Shown: positions 1 to 8,716 of the stretch, one piece after another
Layout of the letters: every line of letters begins with the position of its first letter
Position numbering within the stretch: the stretch's first letter is position 1
DNA from: an uncultured Rickettsiales bacterium
Lineage (GTDB): Bacteria > Pseudomonadota > Alphaproteobacteria > Rickettsiales > CANDYO01
Direction of reading: 5' to 3'
DNA length: 64,000 nucleotides
NCBI GenBank assembly: GCA_964550685.1
Contig: CAZJZY010000003.1
Coordinates: 27,775 to 91,774 of the forward strand
Notes under the pieces: generated by a model
Database searches by the model: none
The model's input: only the letters and a program-made list of their open reading frames with translations
What the model was told of the DNA's origin: nothing
Translations under genes and position numbers: made by a program

Positions 1-411
1 AAGATAGCTAATGATGACGAATCTTATTTAGACAAAGTGCAATTGGATGCCAGCATAATATTACTTAAGAATAACCCAAAGACTAGAGCTATTATAGAAG
101 AATGGCTTTCATATTGCGAAGATCCAGAACTGTTAACTGATCTTCCAAGCAAAAATGAATATCCAGATTTTAAAGATCATCGTCACGATCAAGCTATTTT
201 AAGTGTTATGTATCACAAAAATCCTCAAGATTTTTATTTATATGCTCCTTATCCTGCAAGATTAGAATCTTTCATTGCCACAAGAAGAAGAAATCAGTGC
301 AGCATGTTACCTATTACTTTTAGTGATCAAACAAAATTTAGCTGGTTGGATGGAGTACGATATCGCTCAATAATTTGGCTAATCGGCTGCCAAAGATTTA
401 AAGGATATTAA
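1..411 (+). CDS. C-terminal part of a conserved hypothetical protein (possibly glycosyltransferase-like); 5' end lies outside the window
   Basis: The frame of ORF 37..411 stays open back to base 1 (KIANDDESYLDK then VQLDAS...). It contains an HRHDQAILS-type motif. No family assigned with confidence. Confidence 0.4.
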   Translation, partial: KIANDDESYLDKVQLDASIILLKNNPKTRAIIEEWLSYCEDPELLTDLPSKNEYPDFKDHRHDQAILSVMYHKNPQDFYLYAPYPARLESFIATRRRNQCSMLPITFSDQTKFSWLDGVRYRSIIWLIGCQRFKGY

Positions 412-437
412 AAAGGTTCCACATAAAACATTTTTTA

Positions 438-1604
438 TTAAGTGATAAGCTTCGATATAATTTGTAATAATTGCTTGGCTACCTTATCTTTGCTGTCTCT
501 TTTAATTAAATGACGTTTTCCAGTTTTGGTAATAACATGAAGCTCATTGTCATCCTGTCCAAAAACTTGATTATTAGATACATCATTAATTGCAATTAGA
601 TCTAATTGTTTATTATCCAGCTTCTTTAAACCATTATTCTCAAAATTAGAAGTTTCTGCAGCAAAACCTACCATAAAAATATTAGGATATTTCTCCTTCA
701 CGTATGATAAAATATCAGGATTTAGAGTCATTTTAATATTTAGATCAGCAGAGGTTTTTTTAATTTTTTCTGATTGATAATTTGGCTTATAATCTGCGAC
801 CGCAGCGCTTGCAATAAAAATATCATTACTTGCTGCATATTTCATAGCTACTTGAAACATTTCATCAGCGGAAGTTACCTTAATAAAATTTACTCCATTT
901 GGGCTTTGAAGCGCACAAGGACCAGAGATGAGCGTAACTTCAGCTCCCATTCTGAGGGACATTTTTGCAATTGCATAGCCCATTTTACCAGAACTATTAT
1001 TACTAATAAACCTTACTGGATCTATCGCTTCTAAAGTGGGCCCCGCAGTTATTAAAATTCTTCTGTTTCTTAAGGATTTTTTAGTATAAAAACTTTGCAC
1101 ATGTTCTACAATTTCTGTTGGCTCTAACATTCTACCTAAGCCCTCATCACCGCAAGCTTGTTTACCACTATTGGGACCAATCACATGTTTAAATTTTGTA
1201 ATATTTCCTTGAACTAATTTATTCTCCCACATAACTTTATTCATAGCTGGAGCTAGCATGATGGGAGCTTCACTTGCTAAGCAAAGAGTTGACAACAAAC
1301 AATCAGCATAACCATTAGCAAGTTTAGCAATCATATTAGCGGAAGCTGGAGCAACCAATATTAAATCAGCATCTTTGGCTAGAGAAATATGGAGCATCTC
1401 ATCTGCTTTCCCCAGCAAATCGCTATGTAAATGCACTTTGCCAGGAAATAATGACCGTAAGGTTAAAGGTGAAACAAACTCAGTAGCTGAATTAGAAAGA
1501 ACTATTTCAACATCATGCCCATTTTCAATTAGTAGCTTTGCTAGATCTATAGCTTTATAAGCGGCTATGCTTCCTGATATTCCAAGTATAATCATAATTA
1601 TCAT
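438..1604 (-). CDS. coaBC: Bifunctional phosphopantothenoylcysteine decarboxylase / phosphopantothenate-cysteine ligase (CoaBC/Dfp)
   Basis: 388 aa. N-terminal flavoprotein motif GISGSIAAYKAIDL and PAMNxxMW-like APAMNKVMWEN. C-terminal DFP ligase half ITAGPTLEAIDPVRFISNNSSGKMG. Confidence 0.93.
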   Translation of the reverse strand: MIIMIILGISGSIAAYKAIDLAKLLIENGHDVEIVLSNSATEFVSPLTLRSLFPGKVHLHSDLLGKADEMLHISLAKDADLILVAPASANMIAKLANGYADCLLSTLCLASEAPIMLAPAMNKVMWENKLVQGNITKFKHVIGPNSGKQACGDEGLGRMLEPTEIVEHVQSFYTKKSLRNRRILITAGPTLEAIDPVRFISNNSSGKMGYAIAKMSLRMGAEVTLISGPCALQSPNGVNFIKVTSADEMFQVAMKYAASNDIFIASAAVADYKPNYQSEKIKKTSADLNIKMTLNPDILSYVKEKYPNIFMVGFAAETSNFENNGLKKLDNKQLDLIAINDVSNNQVFGQDDNELHVITKTGKRHLIKRDSKDKVAKQLLQIISKLIT

Positions 1605-1664
1605 TTCACTTAATGTAATTAAAAGCTATTATAGGCTAAATTCCTAAAATTGTAAGGATAAATA

Positions 1665-2801
1665 ATGACAGCAATCAAACCTTTAATCTGTGGAATCTCT
1701 GGTCCATTTTTAACTGAAGAAGAGAAAGAGTTTTTATCTAGGATAAATCCTTTAGGTTTTGTGGTCTTTAAAAAAAATCTATTCGATAGAAAGCAAGCAC
1801 TTAAATTAACTAATGAACTAAGGGAAGTTTTAGGCAATAGAAAAGTTCCTATTTTAATTGATCAAGAAGGTGGAAAAGTTCTACGTTTAAGGGAAGAGCA
1901 ATGGAGACAACCACTTGCACCATTAGAGTTAGGAAAATTCGCTTATTTATCTTCAACTAACGCATTAGAAAAAACAAAGCGGCTAGTATACTTAAACGCT
2001 GTTTTAACAGCTATGGACATGCAAGAAATTGGTGTAAATGTAAATTGTGCGCCGGTTGCTGATTTACTATATCCTGGCGCTCATCATATCACTAGCTCTA
2101 GATCGTTTGGACCTAATAATTTTATTACTACAGAATTAGTAAAAGAAGCAGCTTCTGGAATGAAAACATCCTCGGTACAGCCCATAATGAAACATATGCT
2201 TGGCCAGGGCAGAGCAAATGTAGATAGTCATTTTGAAATGCCTGTGGTGGAAGCTTCTTTATCAGAATTGGAAGAAAATGATTTTAAAGTATTTGAGCTA
2301 GCCAAAAATATAGACTGGGGGATGCCAGCTCATATTGTTTATAAGAGTTTAGATCCAACTCAACCAGTAACTTATTCAAAAAAGATAGTAGATTATATTC
2401 GTAATAAAATAGGTTTCAATGGCATTTTAATTTCCGATTGTCTCACTATGAAAGCCTTACCTGAAACTTGGGGTCAAAAAGCTGCAAAATCTGTCAAAGC
2501 TGGCTTGGATTTAGTTTTATATGGCAGTTGTAATCATACAGTAATTCAAGAAATTGTGAATGCCATTCCAGAATTATCGGAAAGTATTTGGGAAAAAGTA
2601 GAAAATAGTTTTAGTAATTTAGAAAAACCAACTAACCTAAATTATCAAGATCTACTGCAAGAATTTGATGAATTATTAATTGAGTTAGAGAGCAGTTTAG
2701 CAAAGCAGAAAAAATCAAAAGATCTGCAATACATCTTGGCAGTTTTACAATCCAGAAACTTAAGTGACGCAGATTACTCGAGTCCATTATATAAAGCTTA
2801 A
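1665..2801 (+). CDS. nagZ: Beta-N-acetylhexosaminidase, glycoside hydrolase family 3 (NagZ-like)
   Basis: 378 aa with ILIDQEGGKVLRL, KHMLGQGRANVDSH and ISDCLTMKAL, the typical GH3/NagZ motifs. Confidence 0.85.
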   Translation: MTAIKPLICGISGPFLTEEEKEFLSRINPLGFVVFKKNLFDRKQALKLTNELREVLGNRKVPILIDQEGGKVLRLREEQWRQPLAPLELGKFAYLSSTNALEKTKRLVYLNAVLTAMDMQEIGVNVNCAPVADLLYPGAHHITSSRSFGPNNFITTELVKEAASGMKTSSVQPIMKHMLGQGRANVDSHFEMPVVEASLSELEENDFKVFELAKNIDWGMPAHIVYKSLDPTQPVTYSKKIVDYIRNKIGFNGILISDCLTMKALPETWGQKAAKSVKAGLDLVLYGSCNHTVIQEIVNAIPELSESIWEKVENSFSNLEKPTNLNYQDLLQEFDELLIELESSLAKQKKSKDLQYILAVLQSRNLSDADYSSPLYKA

Positions 2802-2813
2802 AGAAATTCTAAA

Positions 2814-3692
2814 ATGAAGCAAAATAATTTAATCGGCATCAGTTTCAAATTATTAAATTGCCTATTATTTCCCACCTTAAGTCTAGTAATTATTCATTGC
2901 GTGGCAACAATGCCTATAACTCAAGTATTATTTGCAAGGGTTACTTTAGGAGTAATTATTTGCGCAATCTATTTAAAAATAATTGGTCAGAAGATTCACT
3001 TTAATCTATCTCGTAAAGATTATTTCTTTTATATAATTAGAGCCAGCATAACCTTTGTGGCTATGAAATTCTGGGTATTAGCTATGCAGCGTGTGGGAGT
3101 CACTGAGGCTACAGCCTTAAGCTATACTGGACCTTTTTGGATATTTATAGCAGCTAGATATCTTATTGGCGAAGCATTTAGTTGGAGCAGCTTAATTGCT
3201 ATTATTGCTAATATGATTGGAGTTATTATAGTATTGCAGCCAAAGCTAGAAATTTTGAGCTGGCAGGGCGTTGGCGCTTCACTAGCTTCCCTTTTACTAT
3301 GGGTTTTATATGAGACTATTTGTAAAAAACAAACATCAAATCAACATTATATGCTGCAAACATTTTATGTTTCTCTCTTTGGAAGTATTATAATGGCACC
3401 TTTTGCATTTTACGAATGGCAACCGATTAATCTGGAAACCTTAGGAGTATTTACTCTTTTGGCAGCACTTGGAGTGGCCAATATCACTTCAATATTTATT
3501 GCCTATTCTTTTGCTCCGATGATGGCTATTTCTCCATTTAGCTACGCAAGATTAATTTTTACAGCCCTTCTAACCGCTTGGCTATATCATGCAAATCTTA
3601 GTGCTAATGTATTTATTGGGTCAGCCATTATCTTAGGAGTAAATTCTTATTTTGCTTATCAGATAAACACTAAAGTGTCCAGTAAAACTTAA
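2814..3692 (+). CDS. EamA/DMT-superfamily transporter (10-TM drug/metabolite exporter type)
   Basis: 292 aa, about 10 hydrophobic segments, two-EamA-repeat architecture. Substrate cannot be read from the sequence. Confidence 0.8.
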   Translation: MKQNNLIGISFKLLNCLLFPTLSLVIIHCVATMPITQVLFARVTLGVIICAIYLKIIGQKIHFNLSRKDYFFYIIRASITFVAMKFWVLAMQRVGVTEATALSYTGPFWIFIAARYLIGEAFSWSSLIAIIANMIGVIIVLQPKLEILSWQGVGASLASLLLWVLYETICKKQTSNQHYMLQTFYVSLFGSIIMAPFAFYEWQPINLETLGVFTLLAALGVANITSIFIAYSFAPMMAISPFSYARLIFTALLTAWLYHANLSANVFIGSAIILGVNSYFAYQINTKVSSKT

Positions 3693-4752
3693 CCCTTTGC
3701 TGGACTCCGCAAATAATATCATACGGAACATTATCGGTATGTTTTGCCACTTCTTCTATTGGCAGATCATCTCCCCATAAAGTGACGGGATCACCAACTT
3801 TAGCATCTGGACAGCTTCTAAGATCTATTGTTGCCATGTCCATTGAAACTCTACCAACTATCTGGCATTTTTTCCCGTTAACTAAAACCGGTGTGCCATC
3901 TTTAGCAGTTCTTGGATATCCATCACCATAACCCATTGCCACTACTCCAATAGGCATATCTTCTGGACAAGAAAATCTTGCCCCATAACCAATTTTTTTA
4001 TGCTTCTTAAAGTAAGAAACTTTAATTAATTTTGTCTGTAAAGTCATAACAGCCTTAAGACCTAAATCTGCCGCTGATCTATCAGCAAATGGAGAGATTC
4101 CATATAGAGATATACCTGGCCTTACCACATCATATAAATCATTGGTGAAGTTAAAAATAGCTCCAGAATTAGCAATAGTTTTAGGGCCAGAAAGCTTGGT
4201 GACAAAAGCTCTAAAATTCTTAAGTTGTACTTCATTGAGTGGATGATTTTTCTCCTCAGAGCAAGCTAAATGCGAGATAATTCCAATTGGCTGAATAACT
4301 TGTGGATTTTTACTTAATAATTCATAAGCTGATTCTGCTTCTTCTAGAGCAAAACCTAAACGTCCCATTCCAGTATCAATTTTAAGCCATATTTTAACTG
4401 GCTTCGGTAATTTTATTGATTGTAGCCAATCGATTTGCTGTTTCTCATGAAATATCAAATGAAAGTTTTGACATGAAGCAATTAGTAAATCATCTGGTTC
4501 AAAGGCTCCTGACATCAGAGTGATTGGAGCCTTAATATTAACTTTCCTTAAAGCCAAAGCCTCATCCACAGAAGCTACGCCAAAGCTGGCGACTTTACCA
4601 TCTAAGCGCATTGCTACAGAACGCAGGCCATGACCATATCCATTAGCTTTAATCATTGCAATCACCTCACGGCCCAGAGTTTGTTTTTTTATTACTTCAA
4701 GATTATGAAGGATATTTTCTGTTGATAATATTGCTATAGCTACTCTTGCCAT
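3670..4752 (-). CDS. alr: Alanine racemase
   Basis: 360 aa with the PLP-lysine motif AMIKANGYGHG and the C-terminal GYGDGYPR and VSMDM motifs. The 3' end overlaps the convergent EamA gene by 23 bp. Confidence 0.92.
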   Translation of the reverse strand: MARVAIAILSTENILHNLEVIKKQTLGREVIAMIKANGYGHGLRSVAMRLDGKVASFGVASVDEALALRKVNIKAPITLMSGAFEPDDLLIASCQNFHLIFHEKQQIDWLQSIKLPKPVKIWLKIDTGMGRLGFALEEAESAYELLSKNPQVIQPIGIISHLACSEEKNHPLNEVQLKNFRAFVTKLSGPKTIANSGAIFNFTNDLYDVVRPGISLYGISPFADRSAADLGLKAVMTLQTKLIKVSYFKKHKKIGYGARFSCPEDMPIGVVAMGYGDGYPRTAKDGTPVLVNGKKCQIVGRVSMDMATIDLRSCPDAKVGDPVTLWGDDLPIEEVAKHTDNVPYDIICGVQQRVKFYWTL

Positions 4753-4817
4753 TAATAATTTTCCTTAGGATATGTCTAGATTAAGGATAATATATTGAGC
4801 GCCTCAATGCAAGATCC

Positions 4818-4853
4818 ATAAAAAAAGGGCTTTTTACAAAGCCCTTTATTTTT
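4818..4853 (-). terminator. Rho-independent terminator (usable on both strands) downstream of ORF 4875..5288
   Basis: Perfect 10-bp stem aaagggcttt/aaagcccttt (4824..4847) with a 4-nt loop. It is followed by a T-run on the minus strand and by atttttg on the plus strand. Confidence 0.6.
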
Positions 4854-4874
4854 GAAGCCAATTTTAAGCTTTAT

Positions 4875-5288
4875 CTATTCAGGATGGCATATTCCATTAC
4901 AAACAATAATGCCATCTTCTGCATCTACTATAGTAACTAATGGACGAACAACCTCGTCTACTAATTCGATAAGCGCATTCTTCTGAAGATTTAGACAGTT
5001 CAAATAGGCAACGCTATTAGAATTTTTTAGATATACGCCCATTTCTTGAGTTGAACAGCCAGGAATTCTTGAACCACTCATGCCAATAATTTCTTGAAAG
5101 CCCTTAGCAAAAACATCATATTCTCTATGATTTAGCGAATCTAATATTGTTTTCTCTAAGCCCTTTTTTTCTTGATTTAAAGACCGACTATTACTTGATA
5201 AACCTTCTGTTGTAATAGAATGATAAACTTTCTCTCTTACATCTATATATTGCGCTACTAATTTTTTAATTTTATCTTCTCTAGACAT
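4875..5288 (-). CDS. Hypothetical protein (137 aa), no recognisable family
   Basis: Clean ORF with its own terminator and a 200-bp upstream region. No motif recognised. Confidence 0.5.
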   Translation of the reverse strand: MSREDKIKKLVAQYIDVREKVYHSITTEGLSSNSRSLNQEKKGLEKTILDSLNHREYDVFAKGFQEIIGMSGSRIPGCSTQEMGVYLKNSNSVAYLNCLNLQKNALIELVDEVVRPLVTIVDAEDGIIVCNGICHPE

Positions 5289-5496
5289 ATTATACCTATA
5301 TAGTTTTAAGTTATTCAGCTTCTAGGAGCTAATTAATAGTTATTAATCTAGAGCTTTTGATATGTCAAGGTTATATTGAAAAATTAAAACTTAATGCAAT
5401 TTTTAAAGTGAAAAAATTTTTATTGTGCATATTATTTAGTCTTATGATATCTATAGATATAGAGCAGTTTTTCACAAAGAAAAGAGTTAGTTTATT

Positions 5497-6954
5497 ATGA
5501 CAGCATTTCCATTACTATCCAGCGCAATTTTATGCCCATTATTTGGAGCTTTGTTTATTGTTTTTACAGCAAAAGACGATAAATTGATCAAAATTATTGC
5601 ATTGCTAAGCAGTTTCGCAAGCTTATTGGTGAGTGTTTTAATTTATCTCGGTTTTGATAAATCTGCTGCAGAATTTCAGCTTCAAGAAAGTCATCATCTT
5701 ATAAAATCCTTAAATATGCACTATCATTTGGGAATAGATGGTATTTCAATATTTTTTATTGTTTTAACAACCATTCTAACGCCTATTTGTATTTTAGCTA
5801 GCTGGGACTCCATAAAACTTAGAGTAAAAGAATATATGCTGGCTTTTCTTATACTTGAAGCTTTGGTGATTGGAGTGTTTTGTGCATTAGATTTCATACT
5901 GTTTTACATTTTCTTTGAAGCCATGCTAATTCCAATGTTTTTGCTTATTGGTATTTGGGGGGGGGAGCAAAGAATATATGCAGCGATTAAGTTTTTCCTT
6001 TATACTCTTGCCGGTTCTCTATTTCTTTTAATAGCAATTATTTATATCTACCAAAACACAGGGGAATTAAATATCCTTAATTTATATAACCTTGTACCAA
6101 AATTTTCTAGCCAAGAACAGAGTTTATTATGGTTAGCATTTTTTATATCATTCGCTGTGAAAGTGCCAATGTGGCCAGTCCATACTTGGTTGCCAGACGC
6201 GCATGTGCAAGCACCAACAGCAGGCTCAGTAATTTTAGCTGGTGTTTTATTGAAAATGGGCGCTTATGGTTTTTTAAGATTTTCTTTGCCAATGTTACCT
6301 GAAGCAAGCCATCATTTTAGTCATCTAGTGTTTGCCTTAAGTGCCATCGCAATTATTTACGCCTCAGCAGTAGCTTTTGTTCAAACAGATATGAAGAAGC
6401 TAATTGCCTATTCATCAGTGGCGCACATGGGGTTTGTTACCATGGGGATATTCACTTTTAACCAAATAGCAATCGAAGGCGCTTTAGTGCAAATGATTAG
6501 CCATGGTTTGGTTTCAGCGGCATTATTTCTAATTGTTGGAGTTTTATATGACCGTATGCACACTAAAGAAATAAGTCAATATGGCGGAGTGGTAACTAAA
6601 ATGCCGATGCTCGCTTTCATCTTTATGATTTTTACCATGGCTTCTATTGGCCTCCCTGGCACTAGTGGCTTTATTGGGGAAATGTTGGTGATTGTTGGAA
6701 CCTATCAAGTGAGCGCATTATACGCAAGTCTGGCTGCCACAAGCTTAGTGCTTGGCGCTGCATACATGTTATGGCTTTATAAAAGAGTGATATTTGGGAC
6801 AATTACCAATCCGAAGATAGAAAAATTACAAGATTTATCTTGTAGAGAATGGATAATCTTCATACCATTAATAATCTTAACCATATTATTGGGGGTCTAT
6901 CCAAGTATTATTACTGATGTATTACACGCTCCAGTGCTAAAATTAATAAAATAA
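5497..6954 (+). CDS. nuoM: NADH-quinone oxidoreductase subunit M
   Basis: 485 aa polytopic membrane protein with the WLPDAHVQAPTAGSVILAGVLLKMG antiporter-like motif typical of NuoM/ND4. Confidence 0.95.
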   Translation: MTAFPLLSSAILCPLFGALFIVFTAKDDKLIKIIALLSSFASLLVSVLIYLGFDKSAAEFQLQESHHLIKSLNMHYHLGIDGISIFFIVLTTILTPICILASWDSIKLRVKEYMLAFLILEALVIGVFCALDFILFYIFFEAMLIPMFLLIGIWGGEQRIYAAIKFFLYTLAGSLFLLIAIIYIYQNTGELNILNLYNLVPKFSSQEQSLLWLAFFISFAVKVPMWPVHTWLPDAHVQAPTAGSVILAGVLLKMGAYGFLRFSLPMLPEASHHFSHLVFALSAIAIIYASAVAFVQTDMKKLIAYSSVAHMGFVTMGIFTFNQIAIEGALVQMISHGLVSAALFLIVGVLYDRMHTKEISQYGGVVTKMPMLAFIFMIFTMASIGLPGTSGFIGEMLVIVGTYQVSALYASLAATSLVLGAAYMLWLYKRVIFGTITNPKIEKLQDLSCREWIIFIPLIILTILLGVYPSIITDVLHAPVLKLIK

Positions 6955-7274
6955 TAACCAATACGTAAGGCTGATATTAATGATGTCGATGTCGTAGTGG
7001 CTTTATCAGATCAAAAGCTTTGAGAGGCAATGAGGCACTGAGCTTGTGGATGTTTTAAGGAATGTTCCAAAAGATGTGGCACAGCTATTAGTGGTATGCG
7101 GTGCGCATGATGAACATAAACAGCAATTTTTAAAAGATATTGGATTATCTGTGGCTTCTAAATGATATGTTGGAGGTACATAAAAACATTGACGATGTAC
7201 ATTCATTGAAGGTATCATGATGCCTAAATTTGCAAATAAACACTTAGATAACCCGACGGGCTTAGGTTAAAATT

Positions 7275-8681
7275 ATGTTTGAATATATGAAAGAGATTAA
7301 TGTGTTGTTACCTGAAATATTCTTAGGCCTAGCAGCCTGTGGTATCTTGATGATAGGCGTATTCAGCAAATGCTTCAAATATGCTAATTTACTTTTGGCC
7401 ATAACTTTTTCTATAGCTATATATTTTCTATTAGCTAAAGTTCCAAATGATGCATTAGTTTTTGATGGTTTGTTTAAAATTACCGGATTAATTAAGCTTC
7501 TAAAATTAATGGTTTTGGTTTCTGCTATTTTTTACGCCATTTTAAGTGGTAAAAAACAATCAGATTTATGCTCAATTACAAGGACTGATCTTTTTGAGTT
7601 TCCAGTATTAATTATGCTAGCAGTAACCGGAATGTTATTGCTGCTTTCTGCTAATAACTTCTTAAGCTTCTACGTGTCTTTAGAGCTGCAAAGCCTCTCT
7701 TTATATGTGTTGGCTGCATTTGAAAGAGATGACAGCAAATCTTCCGAAGCTGGTCTAAAGTATTTTATTTTAGGATCTTTCGCTTCTGGCTTATTATTAT
7801 TTGGTATTTCGCTTATCTATGGCTTTACAGGTAATTTAGATTTTGAGAGCCTACAAATGCTTTTAAACAATAATTCAAGCAGCAATATCGCCCTTGGGGT
7901 AATTATTGGCATAATTATGTTCCTAATTGGAATGTTCTTTAAAGTTTCTGCAGCGCCATTCCATATGTGGACTCCAGATGTATACCAAGGCTCACCTACA
8001 ATCGTCACTAGTTTTTTTGCAACAATTGCTAAAGTTGCCACTGTTGGAGTATTGCTAAGAATAACTTCTAACATATTACCAGGTTGGAAAGCAGAACTTC
8101 AAACTATTTTTATTCTAATCACCTGTATTTCAGTATTAGTCGGCTCTATTGGCGCCCTTAAACAAAATAACTTAAAAAGATTATTAGCTTATAGTTCTAT
8201 AGGTCATGTAGGCTATATGGTACTTGCAATTGCTACATTCATTAACGATTTTAGCGTGATAATCTATCTGGGGATTTATGTTACTATGACTTTAGGTGTA
8301 TTTACTATAATCATGAATATTAAATCCGATGGAAAAGATCTTATTGAAATTCAAGATTTGGCTGGGATGTCTAAAGAACATCCTTTGATCGCTGGAGCTA
8401 TGGCAGTATTTATGTTCTCGCTCGCTGGCATTCCTCCATTCGCTGGTTTTTTTGCTAAGTTTTATGTCTTCAGTACAGCTTTAAATGCAGGATTATATAT
8501 AGCTGTATTATTTAGTATGGTTGCAGCAGTTATTGCGGCTTATTATTATTTGCGAATTGTAAAAATAATGTACCTAGATGCTCCAGTAAACAAATTCAGC
8601 AATGAGATGACATATGGAACTATGCTTATTATCATAATTCTTGTGTTGTTTAACTTATTCTATATACTCTTCTCCTATTGA
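7275..8681 (+). CDS. nuoN: NADH-quinone oxidoreductase subunit N
   Basis: 468 aa with FHMWTPDVYQGSPT and LLAYSSIGHVGYM motifs typical of NuoN/ND2. Confidence 0.93.
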   Translation: MFEYMKEINVLLPEIFLGLAACGILMIGVFSKCFKYANLLLAITFSIAIYFLLAKVPNDALVFDGLFKITGLIKLLKLMVLVSAIFYAILSGKKQSDLCSITRTDLFEFPVLIMLAVTGMLLLLSANNFLSFYVSLELQSLSLYVLAAFERDDSKSSEAGLKYFILGSFASGLLLFGISLIYGFTGNLDFESLQMLLNNNSSSNIALGVIIGIIMFLIGMFFKVSAAPFHMWTPDVYQGSPTIVTSFFATIAKVATVGVLLRITSNILPGWKAELQTIFILITCISVLVGSIGALKQNNLKRLLAYSSIGHVGYMVLAIATFINDFSVIIYLGIYVTMTLGVFTIIMNIKSDGKDLIEIQDLAGMSKEHPLIAGAMAVFMFSLAGIPPFAGFFAKFYVFSTALNAGLYIAVLFSMVAAVIAAYYYLRIVKIMYLDAPVNKFSNEMTYGTMLIIIILVLFNLFYILFSY

Positions 8682-8716
8682 TTTAGTTTAATTCCACTAT
8701 ATAAGATGCAAAAAAT

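Noticed and set aside
774-1560. Track ORFs 774..1034 and 1375..1560 on the plus strand
   Set aside because: They are entirely antisense to the well-supported coaBC gene. No motifs and low-complexity translation. Typical shadow ORFs.
1619-1837. 72-aa minus-strand ORF across the coaBC/nagZ junction
   Set aside because: It overlaps the nagZ 5' end in antisense. No SD and no motifs. Spurious.
5447-5460. Perfect 14-bp palindrome ATATCTATAGATAT upstream of nuoM
   Set aside because: It could be an operator. However, AT-only palindromes of this size are expected by chance in such AT-rich spacers, and I saw no second copy.
5957-5965. G9 homopolymer inside nuoM (codons W-G-G-E)
   Set aside because: It is conspicuous in AT-rich DNA and is a potential slippage or sequencing-error hotspot. 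However, it is in frame and encodes the conserved IWGG motif, so there is no evidence of phase variation.
7006-7218. 70-aa Cys-rich minus-strand ORF in the nuoM-nuoN spacer
   Set aside because: There is no convincing start context, and the opposite strand carries the more protein-like remnant. I treat it as a by-product of that remnant and report the spacer itself as a finding.
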